Positions 8,138-15,954 of a stretch of 30,813 nucleotides of DNA are shown in pieces. The notes under the pieces are model-generated. The model had not been told where the DNA came from. It saw only the letters and a program-made list of their open reading frames with translations, and made no database searches. Each line of letters opens with the position of its first letter. The first letter of the stretch is position 1. The translations under genes and the position numbers were made by a program. Where the stretch lies: IMG/VR virus record IMGVR_UViG_3300017978_000064, positions 1 to 30,813 of that record, one strand, 5' to 3'. This DNA comes from a virus. Lineage: Duplodnaviria; Caudoviricetes.

Positions 8138-8318
8138 AGTACTTCTCTATTAAAAGTGAGTCGTTAGCCTCGTGAATTTCAACTAAAACTTGCATTGCAC
8201 TATCATGCACTTCTTGGCTCTCTTCAATCTGCTCTTCCACTTTCTCTTCGATGGTTGGTGGTTTAACCGATAGGGCAGTGATTAACACAACAAGCCCCAA
8301 TGCTGCTAAAAATTTCAT
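8115..8318 (-). CDS. small membrane/secreted protein
   Basis: N-terminal hydrophobic helix followed by an acidic tail. Confidence 0.65.
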   Translation of the reverse strand: MKFLAALGLVVLITALSVKPPTIEEKVEEQIEESQEVHDSAMQVLVEIHEANDSLLIEKYFGKGSAK

Positions 8319-8572
8319 ATCTTACCTAATTTTTTGTAAAGGGTTATTTCAGTAACTAACGCAGAACACAATGAATCTTGCGTTTTTAACTGCCTTGATA
8401 GTTTTTCGAGTTTCGCCTCGCACTCCAATAGTCTCTTCTCGCAGCGGTCATTTATGCTTTTAGATTGTGACTCCGTTCGGTAGTATAACACGCTCACGAC
8501 AACAAGCAAAAGGAACATAATTGCCTTACTTGGGTCGCTTTTAAATTCTTCGAATGTTATGGGGAATTTCAT
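8315..8572 (-). CDS. single-TM coiled-coil protein, holin/lysis-accessory candidate
   Basis: AIMFLLLVVVSVLYY helix followed by a coiled coil; follows the fibre genes. Confidence 0.55.
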   Translation of the reverse strand: MKFPITFEEFKSDPSKAIMFLLLVVVSVLYYRTESQSKSINDRCEKRLLECEAKLEKLSRQLKTQDSLCSALVTEITLYKKLGKI

Positions 8573-8790
8573 AGTGGTAGTTCGGGTGATGGTGGTGGTA
8601 TGTATTCTCCTTGTGGTAAGTCAAACAACCACATATATTCGGAATCTTTAAAAACCTCTTTGTCTTGCTCGTTGCCGAAAAAGAACCAAGTGCCGTTAAT
8701 GTCTTGAACGCAGTTAATAAAGCAATAAGGATTAATAAAAACGCCTTGTACTTGTTCTGCTTGTTCTTCTGTTAAAATATATCCTATCAT
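8569..8790 (-). CDS. hypothetical protein, possible fibre accessory/chaperone
   Basis: 73 aa with Pro-rich C-terminus; coupled to the upstream fibre-like gene. Confidence 0.65.
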   Translation of the reverse strand: MIGYILTEEQAEQVQGVFINPYCFINCVQDINGTWFFFGNEQDKEVFKDSEYMWLFDLPQGEYIPPPSPELPL

Positions 8791-9581
8791 ACTTGACGTG
8801 ATAAAGTTGTTTGGAACGATTGAACGGCTGTATAAAAGTTAGATGCTTGAGTGTCGGTTAATCCGTCACCTATGGAAGAAAAAGCACATTCTTTGTTAGT
8901 TGGTAATCTTGGACTTCCGTTATTGTTTTGCGCACCAATCCAAATAGATAAATTAGATAAACCCGTACTTGATAAAGTATTATCACTTTGCTTTATAGTA
9001 TTTCTAAAAACTGACATCCCGCTACTTGATATGCGATTACTAACAAAAAAACCCCTACTATCTGTCCATTCAGTTAAATTATCAGGTCTTTCAGTAGAAT
9101 TATTAGCGTGCCAAGCACCAGCAGCAGCAAATCTTGCCGTTAAATATGTAGCGTTTGGTATATATGTACCCATTATTACTGCCAATAAAGCATTATCAGT
9201 TCTTGAATAATAACTAATATGGCAACTATTTTGGCTTATATTGCCATTTGCAACTAAACCTGAATTTAAATATGCACTCGTACCATTCGGAGTAACACCC
9301 GTACTCGCAAAAGTCCAACCGCTTGTAAATGTACCCGTAAAACTTGAACTCTTTAAATTCTGAGCACACGCTGCTGCACTTGCCCCGACCATTGGGTAAA
9401 TGGCTTTCATCTTAGTCCAAATCCCGTCGGTTTTCATTTGAATAACCAACGTGTTTACCGCATTTTTTTCAGTTGTAGAAAGTGTGCCTCCTGCAGTTGT
9501 TACTCGGTCAAAAAATGCTTGAGCATCTGCGTCAAATTGCCCTATTGAACTCGCCAAAAATCCGTGTGTTGCTAAAATCAT
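8787..9581 (-). CDS. beta-rich virion protein, lectin/LamG-like receptor-binding candidate (start revised to ATG 9581)
   Basis: DADAQAF, GIWTKMKAIYP, NGTSAYLNSG and IGDGLTD..ASNFYTAV patterns; S/T/N/G rich. Confidence 0.65.
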   Translation of the reverse strand: MILATHGFLASSIGQFDADAQAFFDRVTTAGGTLSTTEKNAVNTLVIQMKTDGIWTKMKAIYPMVGASAAACAQNLKSSSFTGTFTSGWTFASTGVTPNGTSAYLNSGLVANGNISQNSCHISYYSRTDNALLAVIMGTYIPNATYLTARFAAAGAWHANNSTERPDNLTEWTDSRGFFVSNRISSSGMSVFRNTIKQSDNTLSSTGLSNLSIWIGAQNNNGSPRLPTNKECAFSSIGDGLTDTQASNFYTAVQSFQTTLSRQV

Positions 9582-9586
9582 ATACT

Positions 9587-10813
9587 TTAACTTACGATGT
9601 CCCCAAAGAGGTACCATTCATTTTCCGCTATCTTTATCAAAGTAGCACCGCTATACTGCACGTTTAATTTTAACTTTCCTCCGTTACTTCGGATAGTCAC
9701 TCCACTTGTTGCAACTACGGTTGTTTGACCTGCTCCGTATTGGGCAAGTAGAATTTGAGTTCCTGTTGGAAATGCAACTGAAGAATTTAAAGGGATTGTA
9801 AGGTTATTTGCACTACCTACGTTCATCTCAATCAACTTATCAGCATCACTTAAAACAAGGGTGTAAGATGCGGTTTGGCGATTTGTGACTACTAATTTAT
9901 CGGTCTTTAAGGCAAGGTTTGCAATGGTAGCAAATAACCCTACTGCCCAATCGTACACCGCTTTAACTGATGGGTATTTAGTATTGGAGGCTTGGTCTGT
10001 TGTTACTGATGTGCTTTTATTTGCAACGTCCTCTTTACTTGCCGCTAAGCCTGAATACTGCGAATTAGTTGCATTATCACCGCTATTCGTTCCGCTTGTG
10101 TTTCCAATAACCGTTAATTGTGCATCAGTTACATATCTCTTATCGGTACTATCTGCAATATCTGCCGTTGTAGCATCTGCTCCAGCGGTTACTAAACCCT
10201 TTGCGTCGTAGGTAATCTTTGTTTTTGTCGCTCCTGTGATTGCAGCGTTTTCGTCAACCTTTGCGTCCAACTGCGTTTGAATTGCAGATGTAACACCGTT
10301 TAAATATTGAAACTCCGCATTACTTACCGTACCATCAGCCAACTTTGCAGCGTCTATTCCTGTGCCTAATTTATCATTGCTTACAACACCGTTATCAATA
10401 GTCCAAGTTGCTCCACTTGCACTAACAGTTATATCTCCTTTGTCACCGTCAGAAATCCCACCACCACCGCTAATTGTAATATCTCCGCTTCCTAAAAGCG
10501 AAGTTCCGTTAATGGTCTTAATGTTAGTCCCACTTACTAAAGTAGCTTGTTTAGCGTTTAAGGCAGTTTGTGTTGCAGTAGATACAGGCTTGTCAGCATC
10601 TGAAGTGTTATCGACATTGCCCAAACTTACATCGGACTTATCCAAAGTTACAGCACCAGTTTTACCTGCTACGCTTTGAACAGGCGATTGAGCCTTAATT
10701 TGTGTAATGCTTATCTTCTTGGTAGTAGATGCAGAGTTATCGACAATAGGCAGAACGTCATCGTTTGCTATCGTTACAATGGCATCTAAAGCACTTATTT
10801 TTTTATCTGGCAT
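9587..10813 (-). CDS. tail fibre protein
   Basis: Mosaic fibre modules: VQSVAGKTGAVTL, LGNVDNTSDADKPVS, SGTNIKTING, DGDKGDITV, YTLVLSD...W.L.GD. Confidence 0.8.
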   Translation of the reverse strand: MPDKKISALDAIVTIANDDVLPIVDNSASTTKKISITQIKAQSPVQSVAGKTGAVTLDKSDVSLGNVDNTSDADKPVSTATQTALNAKQATLVSGTNIKTINGTSLLGSGDITISGGGGISDGDKGDITVSASGATWTIDNGVVSNDKLGTGIDAAKLADGTVSNAEFQYLNGVTSAIQTQLDAKVDENAAITGATKTKITYDAKGLVTAGADATTADIADSTDKRYVTDAQLTVIGNTSGTNSGDNATNSQYSGLAASKEDVANKSTSVTTDQASNTKYPSVKAVYDWAVGLFATIANLALKTDKLVVTNRQTASYTLVLSDADKLIEMNVGSANNLTIPLNSSVAFPTGTQILLAQYGAGQTTVVATSGVTIRSNGGKLKLNVQYSGATLIKIAENEWYLFGDIVS

Positions 10814-11259
10814 TATAGTAGAATTTTAGAGTCATCTTCTTGAAGTAAGAAATCACCGCTTTCCAAAAGTAGATAAGCGATTGTTTCTGGTGCTTCAATT
10901 TCGTATATTTTTTCGTTTAGTGTTACGCTGTAACTTGTTCTAACAACATCAAAGTCAACTTTGACTATTCCTTGCTCAACTAATTCGTCAGCGTTTGCAG
11001 GAATTACGTTAGTAGGAGACGTTTGAGCGTAGATCTTGTATTCGTACTCACCTGCGTCAAGAGTTACGGTTGTACCCTCTGTAATCGCAAATTCGTTGTA
11101 TCTTTCTTTGTAGGAAGAAGTATCTGTAAGAATGAAGTTATACTCAACAGCGGTAAGTCTATGCTTTAACGAGAATAAATAAGTAGGATTTGCAATAGTG
11201 GTTTTCTCCGTTAACGTGAGATACCAATTTTTAGACTCTGCCTTATTTATCTGTAGCAT
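10813..11259 (-). CDS. Ig-like structural protein (fibre anchor candidate)
   Basis: Beta-rich with LDAGEYEYKIY and a C-terminal LLLESGDFLLQED motif; precedes the fibre gene. Confidence 0.6.
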   Translation of the reverse strand: MLQINKAESKNWYLTLTEKTTIANPTYLFSLKHRLTAVEYNFILTDTSSYKERYNEFAITEGTTVTLDAGEYEYKIYAQTSPTNVIPANADELVEQGIVKVDFDVVRTSYSVTLNEKIYEIEAPETIAYLLLESGDFLLQEDDSKILL

Positions 11260-11265
11260 TTTATG

Positions 11266-11290
11266 TAATTAGCAATTTTTCAGAAATGGC
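11266..11290 (-). promoter_or_regulatory. putative phage late promoter GCCA-N14-CTAATTA
   Basis: Same boxes and spacing as 13361-13385 and 14292-14316; 6 nt before the ATG. Confidence 0.65.
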
Positions 11291-11292
11291 AT

Positions 11293-11321
11293 AAAAAAAG
11301 GGAGACCGAAGCCTCCCCTTT
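11293..11321 (-). terminator. Rho-independent terminator after the capsid/tail tube genes
   Basis: GGGAGGC-TTCG-GTCTCCC stem with a UUCG tetraloop followed by T7. Confidence 0.9.
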
Positions 11322-11341
11322 CCCAATGAAAGAAAACAATA

Positions 11342-11848
11342 TTAGATACCCAAAGCAGTCACAACAGCAGTTTGCAATTTGTAAGGTGCTTCTGCCTCAA
11401 TCGCACTTAAAGTGAAATTGTAGCCGTAGTTATCACCCATTGCAGTACCGGTCTCTTGCGTCATCGCTGTGATGTCACATCCGTACTCTTTACCTACAAG
11501 CCAGTAGTTAGCGTTGTTGTCTTCTACTACACAGAAAACTCTGTTTTGAGCAAGAAGTTTCAACTCGTTACGTTTAGTTGTTGCCAACTTGCGTAAACGT
11601 GCTACTACGTCAGTTTGGTTAAATACAGTTCCGTTTTCTTGTGATACGTTAGTAGTGGTAGTCATAGAACCAACACCCTTTGGCATCTCGTATGTGTATA
11701 CGCTGCCAGAAGCGATGGTAGTTGCTGTAACCTCTCCACCGCTAACGGTAAATCCTGTTGATGCAAAGTCTACCAAGTGGATAGCTTTAACGCCTCCTAC
11801 TGAATCTTTGCAATCTAAAGTAAAACCTGCGGTTAAGTTACAAGCCAT
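11342..11848 (-). CDS. major tail (tube) protein, putative
   Basis: MAC.LT.G...CKDSVGGVKAI, VED.N..YWLVG and TGTAMGD..GY.FTL patterns; between the MCP gene and the terminator. Confidence 0.7.
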   Translation of the reverse strand: MACNLTAGFTLDCKDSVGGVKAIHLVDFASTGFTVSGGEVTATTIASGSVYTYEMPKGVGSMTTTTNVSQENGTVFNQTDVVARLRKLATTKRNELKLLAQNRVFCVVEDNNANYWLVGKEYGCDITAMTQETGTAMGDNYGYNFTLSAIEAEAPYKLQTAVVTALGI

Positions 11849-11859
11849 TTTCTACCTCC

Positions 11860-12795
11860 TTATGCTAATTTAAACTGAACGATTTGATCAGGGAACGCAA
11901 TCTGAACACCATACTTCATGGTAGCTCTGAAACGAACTTCATCGTTATCTTGGCTGTACCAGAATTTGTATTCTTCTTCCTCATTTGCAAGGTCAGTACC
12001 TACGAAGAAGTTGCTCAAACGACCACAGAACATTCTGTTAGTACCGTTCAATCCGCCTACACCAATCATCTTGATGTTAGTTGCAGGGATGATTAACTCC
12101 ATTCCTTCGCTGTCAGCAGCATAGTGGAACAAGTTGTTATTTCTCAAAGCAGTAGTGTACTTCTTGAAAGTATCAATACCTACCCAAAGAACCAAGTCAT
12201 CAGAATCTGCGATGTCAGCAGGAACAGCAGCGTAGATGTTGTCAATCAAATCGTCTACGTTTGCAATAGTGATTGCAGTTGCAGATGAAGTGTTACCTGC
12301 GATTGTAGAAGCAGATGCCGCATCGATGATTTTAGTGAATCCGTCAAAACGGTTAGTGTTAGGGTTAGTGTTGCTTGTTGCAGTATCACCTTGCCACATA
12401 GAAACTTCTAACAATTTAGCGATGTTGTTAGATTTGTCAGTTCCGATTTGAACCTCGAAAGGTACTTCAGTTGGTGAACCTGGAGCGATTTGAGTCTGCA
12501 TCCACTTTGCTTCCAAAGTTTTAGGACACAAAGTCTCTTCAACTTTGATTTTACCTACGGTGATGTTACGTTGAGTGAAAGTAGTGTTACCCGAAGCGGT
12601 GTAACCACATCCGTCAGCTTGGAAGTAAACATCTGAAGTTAAGATGTTCAAAGCCTCTGCTGATTTTACTCCTACTTGAACTTGACCTGCTGCTTGTAAG
12701 ATAGCGGCAGTTTTGCCACCAAACAAAGACTTAAGTACTAACTCTGTAGACTGCTCGTTGGTGTAATTAGCTAATCCTGATACGTTAAATGCCAT
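11860..12795 (-). CDS. major capsid protein
   Basis: 311 aa after protease and scaffold; WQGD, FDGF and YGVQIAFP-type C-terminus. Confidence 0.85.
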   Translation of the reverse strand: MAFNVSGLANYTNEQSTELVLKSLFGGKTAAILQAAGQVQVGVKSAEALNILTSDVYFQADGCGYTASGNTTFTQRNITVGKIKVEETLCPKTLEAKWMQTQIAPGSPTEVPFEVQIGTDKSNNIAKLLEVSMWQGDTATSNTNPNTNRFDGFTKIIDAASASTIAGNTSSATAITIANVDDLIDNIYAAVPADIADSDDLVLWVGIDTFKKYTTALRNNNLFHYAADSEGMELIIPATNIKMIGVGGLNGTNRMFCGRLSNFFVGTDLANEEEEYKFWYSQDNDEVRFRATMKYGVQIAFPDQIVQFKLA

Positions 12796-12800
12796 GATTT

Positions 12801-13352
12801 TTATTTATTTTTTAGGGTTTGTGCGATTTTCATGATGTTTGCAAACTGCTCTTCTTTCTTGGAAATCTTTGCAGGTGCTTTTGTTGGTTCTTCAGATGGT
12901 AATTCTGCTACTTTTTCAACCAAGTCAACGGTCTTTGAAAAAACCTCTTTCATTGAGTTGAATTTAGCCTCTTGTTCTGCTGCTTTCTTTTCGATTGCCT
13001 CTAAACGAGATACAACCTCATTGAACTTGTCTAACAAAGAGTTGAAAGACTCAAGCGATGCAAACTCATTAGCTTCGATAGTAACTTCTACCTCTGCTTC
13101 AGTTTCTACGATTTCGGTAACGATACCTCCTTCAGTAGTTACAAGCATTCCGCCTTCTACTTCGTGAGTTGCGTCAGGAGCAGGAATAAGACCTTCGCCA
13201 GTTTGAACAAATAAAGGAGTACCTACTGCAAGTTCTCCCTCCCATTCTACGATAGTGCCGTCAACGAGCGTAGCGGTAGCCATTTCTACCTTCTGCTCTT
13301 CAGCACCGAACAATAATGTTCTGATTTCTGAAATAACTTCTTTTGAATTCAT
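12801..13352 (-). CDS. capsid scaffolding protein
   Basis: Acidic, PAPDATHEVEGG motif then coiled coil; between protease and MCP. Confidence 0.7.
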   Translation of the reverse strand: MNSKEVISEIRTLLFGAEEQKVEMATATLVDGTIVEWEGELAVGTPLFVQTGEGLIPAPDATHEVEGGMLVTTEGGIVTEIVETEAEVEVTIEANEFASLESFNSLLDKFNEVVSRLEAIEKKAAEQEAKFNSMKEVFSKTVDLVEKVAELPSEEPTKAPAKISKKEEQFANIMKIAQTLKNK

Positions 13353-13360
13353 TTTATATT

Positions 13361-13385
13361 TAATTAGTGGTTTACTTATTTTGGC
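13361..13385 (-). promoter_or_regulatory. putative phage late promoter GCCA-N14-CTAATTA
   Basis: Minus strand TGAGCCA-AAATAAGTAAACCA-CTAATTA, 8 nt before the ATG. Confidence 0.7.
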
Positions 13386-14285
13386 TCAATTTTTACCGTT
13401 CCATTTCTCAAGGATGCGTTTCAATTTGCTGACCATAGCATTAGCAATCTTATCTTCAGTTGACTCTTGGAAGTCAAACATTCCCTCTACAGAAAAGCCT
13501 TTGAACTCGCCTTCTTTGACTCTTGCCCATATTTCATCATCATTTACAATGTAAGACAAGAACCATGATCCATCAGCAACTTCTTCGTAACCTTTAGGAG
13601 GCATAATACCTCTTTCTCTGTCAACGATAAAAGACTCAAATAGAGATAGCCCTTTTACTGCTTTGTCGTGATGTATGTTAACAGCATCGTACTTATCACC
13701 TCTTGCCCATTTCTTGGCAATTTCAAAGATGGTCTCTTTGTCAAATACGACATAGTATTCACCTCTGATTTCATCATACCGGTAAATAGGTAAATCAGCA
13801 ATCATTGCAGCACCAGAGATGATACGTTTCTCTTCGTTCTGAATCTCAAAACGTGCCTTTCTTGCTTTAGTTAACTCTAACTCTTCAAGTTTGCGTTCAG
13901 TCCATCTTAACATCTCTTCTCCACCCCATAAAAGGTAAGAAATAGTACCACACGCTTTGGTGTCTTGTGGATTGTAGTATTCTTTAGCTCTTGACAAATA
14001 AGAATAAGTACGTTTGATTGTTTCTATTGATAGATTCTCGTTTGCAACTAATTGCCTTGCTCTGTTCTTTCCCACTAACGTAGCACACTCATTCCCGATT
14101 GCTTGGTTAAGGTTTATTCCTCTCTGTGCGTTTTGAGATGCTGCTTTTGGATAGTCGTTAAAAAATAGTTGCTTGTCAAAGTATTGGAAGTCTCTTTCTA
14201 TCGCAGGGTTAGTCACAAGAGATACAAATTCCACACCTGTTTCATCGTCTGGGTTGATAATCAGTTTGTAAACGGGTAATTCCAT
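13386..14285 (-). CDS. prohead protease (XkdF-like) with an inserted ~95-aa domain
   Basis: VSLVTNPAI, EKRIISGAAMIADLPIYR, NIHH, GSW and GEFKGFSVEG motifs. Confidence 0.82.
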   Translation of the reverse strand: MELPVYKLIINPDDETGVEFVSLVTNPAIERDFQYFDKQLFFNDYPKAASQNAQRGINLNQAIGNECATLVGKNRARQLVANENLSIETIKRTYSYLSRAKEYYNPQDTKACGTISYLLWGGEEMLRWTERKLEELELTKARKARFEIQNEEKRIISGAAMIADLPIYRYDEIRGEYYVVFDKETIFEIAKKWARGDKYDAVNIHHDKAVKGLSLFESFIVDRERGIMPPKGYEEVADGSWFLSYIVNDDEIWARVKEGEFKGFSVEGMFDFQESTEDKIANAMVSKLKRILEKWNGKN

Positions 14286-14291
14286 TTTCTA

Positions 14292-14316
14292 TAATTAGTG
14301 ATTTGTTTTAATTGGC
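14292..14316 (-). promoter_or_regulatory. putative phage late promoter GCCA-N14-CTAATTA
   Basis: Minus strand TGAGCCA-ATTAAAACAAATCA-CTAATTA, 6 nt before the ATG. Confidence 0.7.
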
Positions 14317-14322
14317 TCAATT

Positions 14323-15954
14323 TTAACCACCTAACACGCTTACTGATTGGTTAGATGCTACTCTTCGCTGTGTTCTTGTTATATCGCCCTCAAGCACGTA
14401 CACTTTCCTGTTTTGAGATAAAATGTCATTTGTTTGAGGCAATGATGAAGAACGAACTTGAACGCTTGGAACATTTGCACCTTGATTAGGGCTTGGTGTA
14501 CCTACTTGACCACCAGAAAAAGTTTGATTTCTGATTTGTTGAATCTGTGCTAATCCGTAGGCTGCTGCTGCTGCTGCTTGAATAAAAGGATAAGCAGGTA
14601 ACACCGCAGTTAATGGTGACTCTTGAGCAGATTTAAAAGCCGCAATAGTTGCTTCAATAGTTGAAATAGATGCTTGAACTAAAGCAAGTTTCTTTCTTGT
14701 TTCAAAGGCTTTCTTTTGTCTACCTTCATCTTCCCCTGCAAATGCTGTTTGAAGAGCAGAGATAGCACCAAAGACGTTTACAAATGTATCTACTAACTCT
14801 CGTCCATACGCTTTTATAAATAATTGGCTTAATTCAAGAGTAGATTTTTGTTTTTGTTGAATTGCATCTAAAGTAATTGTAACTTGTTCTAACTGATTTT
14901 GAGCAAGTATGTCTGTTTCTTCAAGTTGCTTATTTGAAAAAGTCCTTAACTCACGTTCACGCTTTTCTCTTTCTCTTTGGATATATAAGGCAAAAGAATC
15001 TATTTCTTCTTTTTCGCTTTTATTGTTTAGTTCCCTTTGAGATTTTGCCCTTGCTGCTGCTTGGTCATCATATTCTTGTACTGTTTTTTGAAGTTTTAAT
15101 TTTTCTACTACAAGTCTATCGTTATTTAAAGCAATTTGTTTAAGGTTATCTGCTGCTCTTTTTGTATCAGATTCTGCTTCTTCTACTCCTAATGCTCTTA
15201 AATCGTTTAAATACTTTGTTCTTGCCTCTACTTTTTCTTTAAGTTCTCTTTGTCCTGCTGCAAGTCTTTCTGAAACCCTTTTTAATTCATCTCTGGTGTA
15301 CTGCTCGTCTCCTTTTTGTAATTGCTCACGTTCTCTTCTTAATTTAGCTACTTCTTCATTATAATCTTTTTGCTCTTTTGCTGCGTTTTTTGTTTCTTCT
15401 TGTAAAGTTACAAATTTAGCTATTAATGTACCAACTGCAATGACAGCAATACCTATACCAGTTGATGCTATTGCTGCTCTTAAACTTGAAAATGCTACAA
15501 CTAAACGCTCTCCTATTACACTTGCAAGTTGTCTTAATGCACCGCTAAACTCATTCCAATCTTTAATACCTTGAGCAATAGCCATTGATGCTTGAACCTT
15601 CAAAAGAATTCTTTGCAAGTCCTCCGATTCACCAGCGAAAATAGCTACCGAACCAACTATTGCTTGAAATCCACCAATCAAGGCTTGTGTTGCTCTAAAT
15701 AAAGCCTCTGAAGATACCTTTGCGTTATCAATAGCATAGTCCAAAGCCTCTAATTGAGTTTTGTACATCCCTGCTCTTTTGATAGCATCTTGTGTACGTT
15801 GATCAGTCAGCCCATATTGCAAGGCTAATGCTTCCGCTTCTCGTTGAGTTTTTGCAACCGCATCTCCTAAATCTTCAAAGCCTTGTGCAGCTTGTTTGAC
15901 CGTAGCCGTTCCGTCTACGTTTACGTCTATATTAACTGAAGTTTCTATTGCCAT
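14323..15954 (-). CDS. tape measure protein (start likely ATG 15954)
   Basis: Ala/Gln-rich helical protein with IASTGIGIAVIAVG hydrophobic segments and long coiled coils. Confidence 0.8.
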   Translation of the reverse strand: MAIETSVNIDVNVDGTATVKQAAQGFEDLGDAVAKTQREAEALALQYGLTDQRTQDAIKRAGMYKTQLEALDYAIDNAKVSSEALFRATQALIGGFQAIVGSVAIFAGESEDLQRILLKVQASMAIAQGIKDWNEFSGALRQLASVIGERLVVAFSSLRAAIASTGIGIAVIAVGTLIAKFVTLQEETKNAAKEQKDYNEEVAKLRREREQLQKGDEQYTRDELKRVSERLAAGQRELKEKVEARTKYLNDLRALGVEEAESDTKRAADNLKQIALNNDRLVVEKLKLQKTVQEYDDQAAARAKSQRELNNKSEKEEIDSFALYIQREREKRERELRTFSNKQLEETDILAQNQLEQVTITLDAIQQKQKSTLELSQLFIKAYGRELVDTFVNVFGAISALQTAFAGEDEGRQKKAFETRKKLALVQASISTIEATIAAFKSAQESPLTAVLPAYPFIQAAAAAAYGLAQIQQIRNQTFSGGQVGTPSPNQGANVPSVQVRSSSLPQTNDILSQNRKVYVLEGDITRTQRRVASNQSVSVLGG

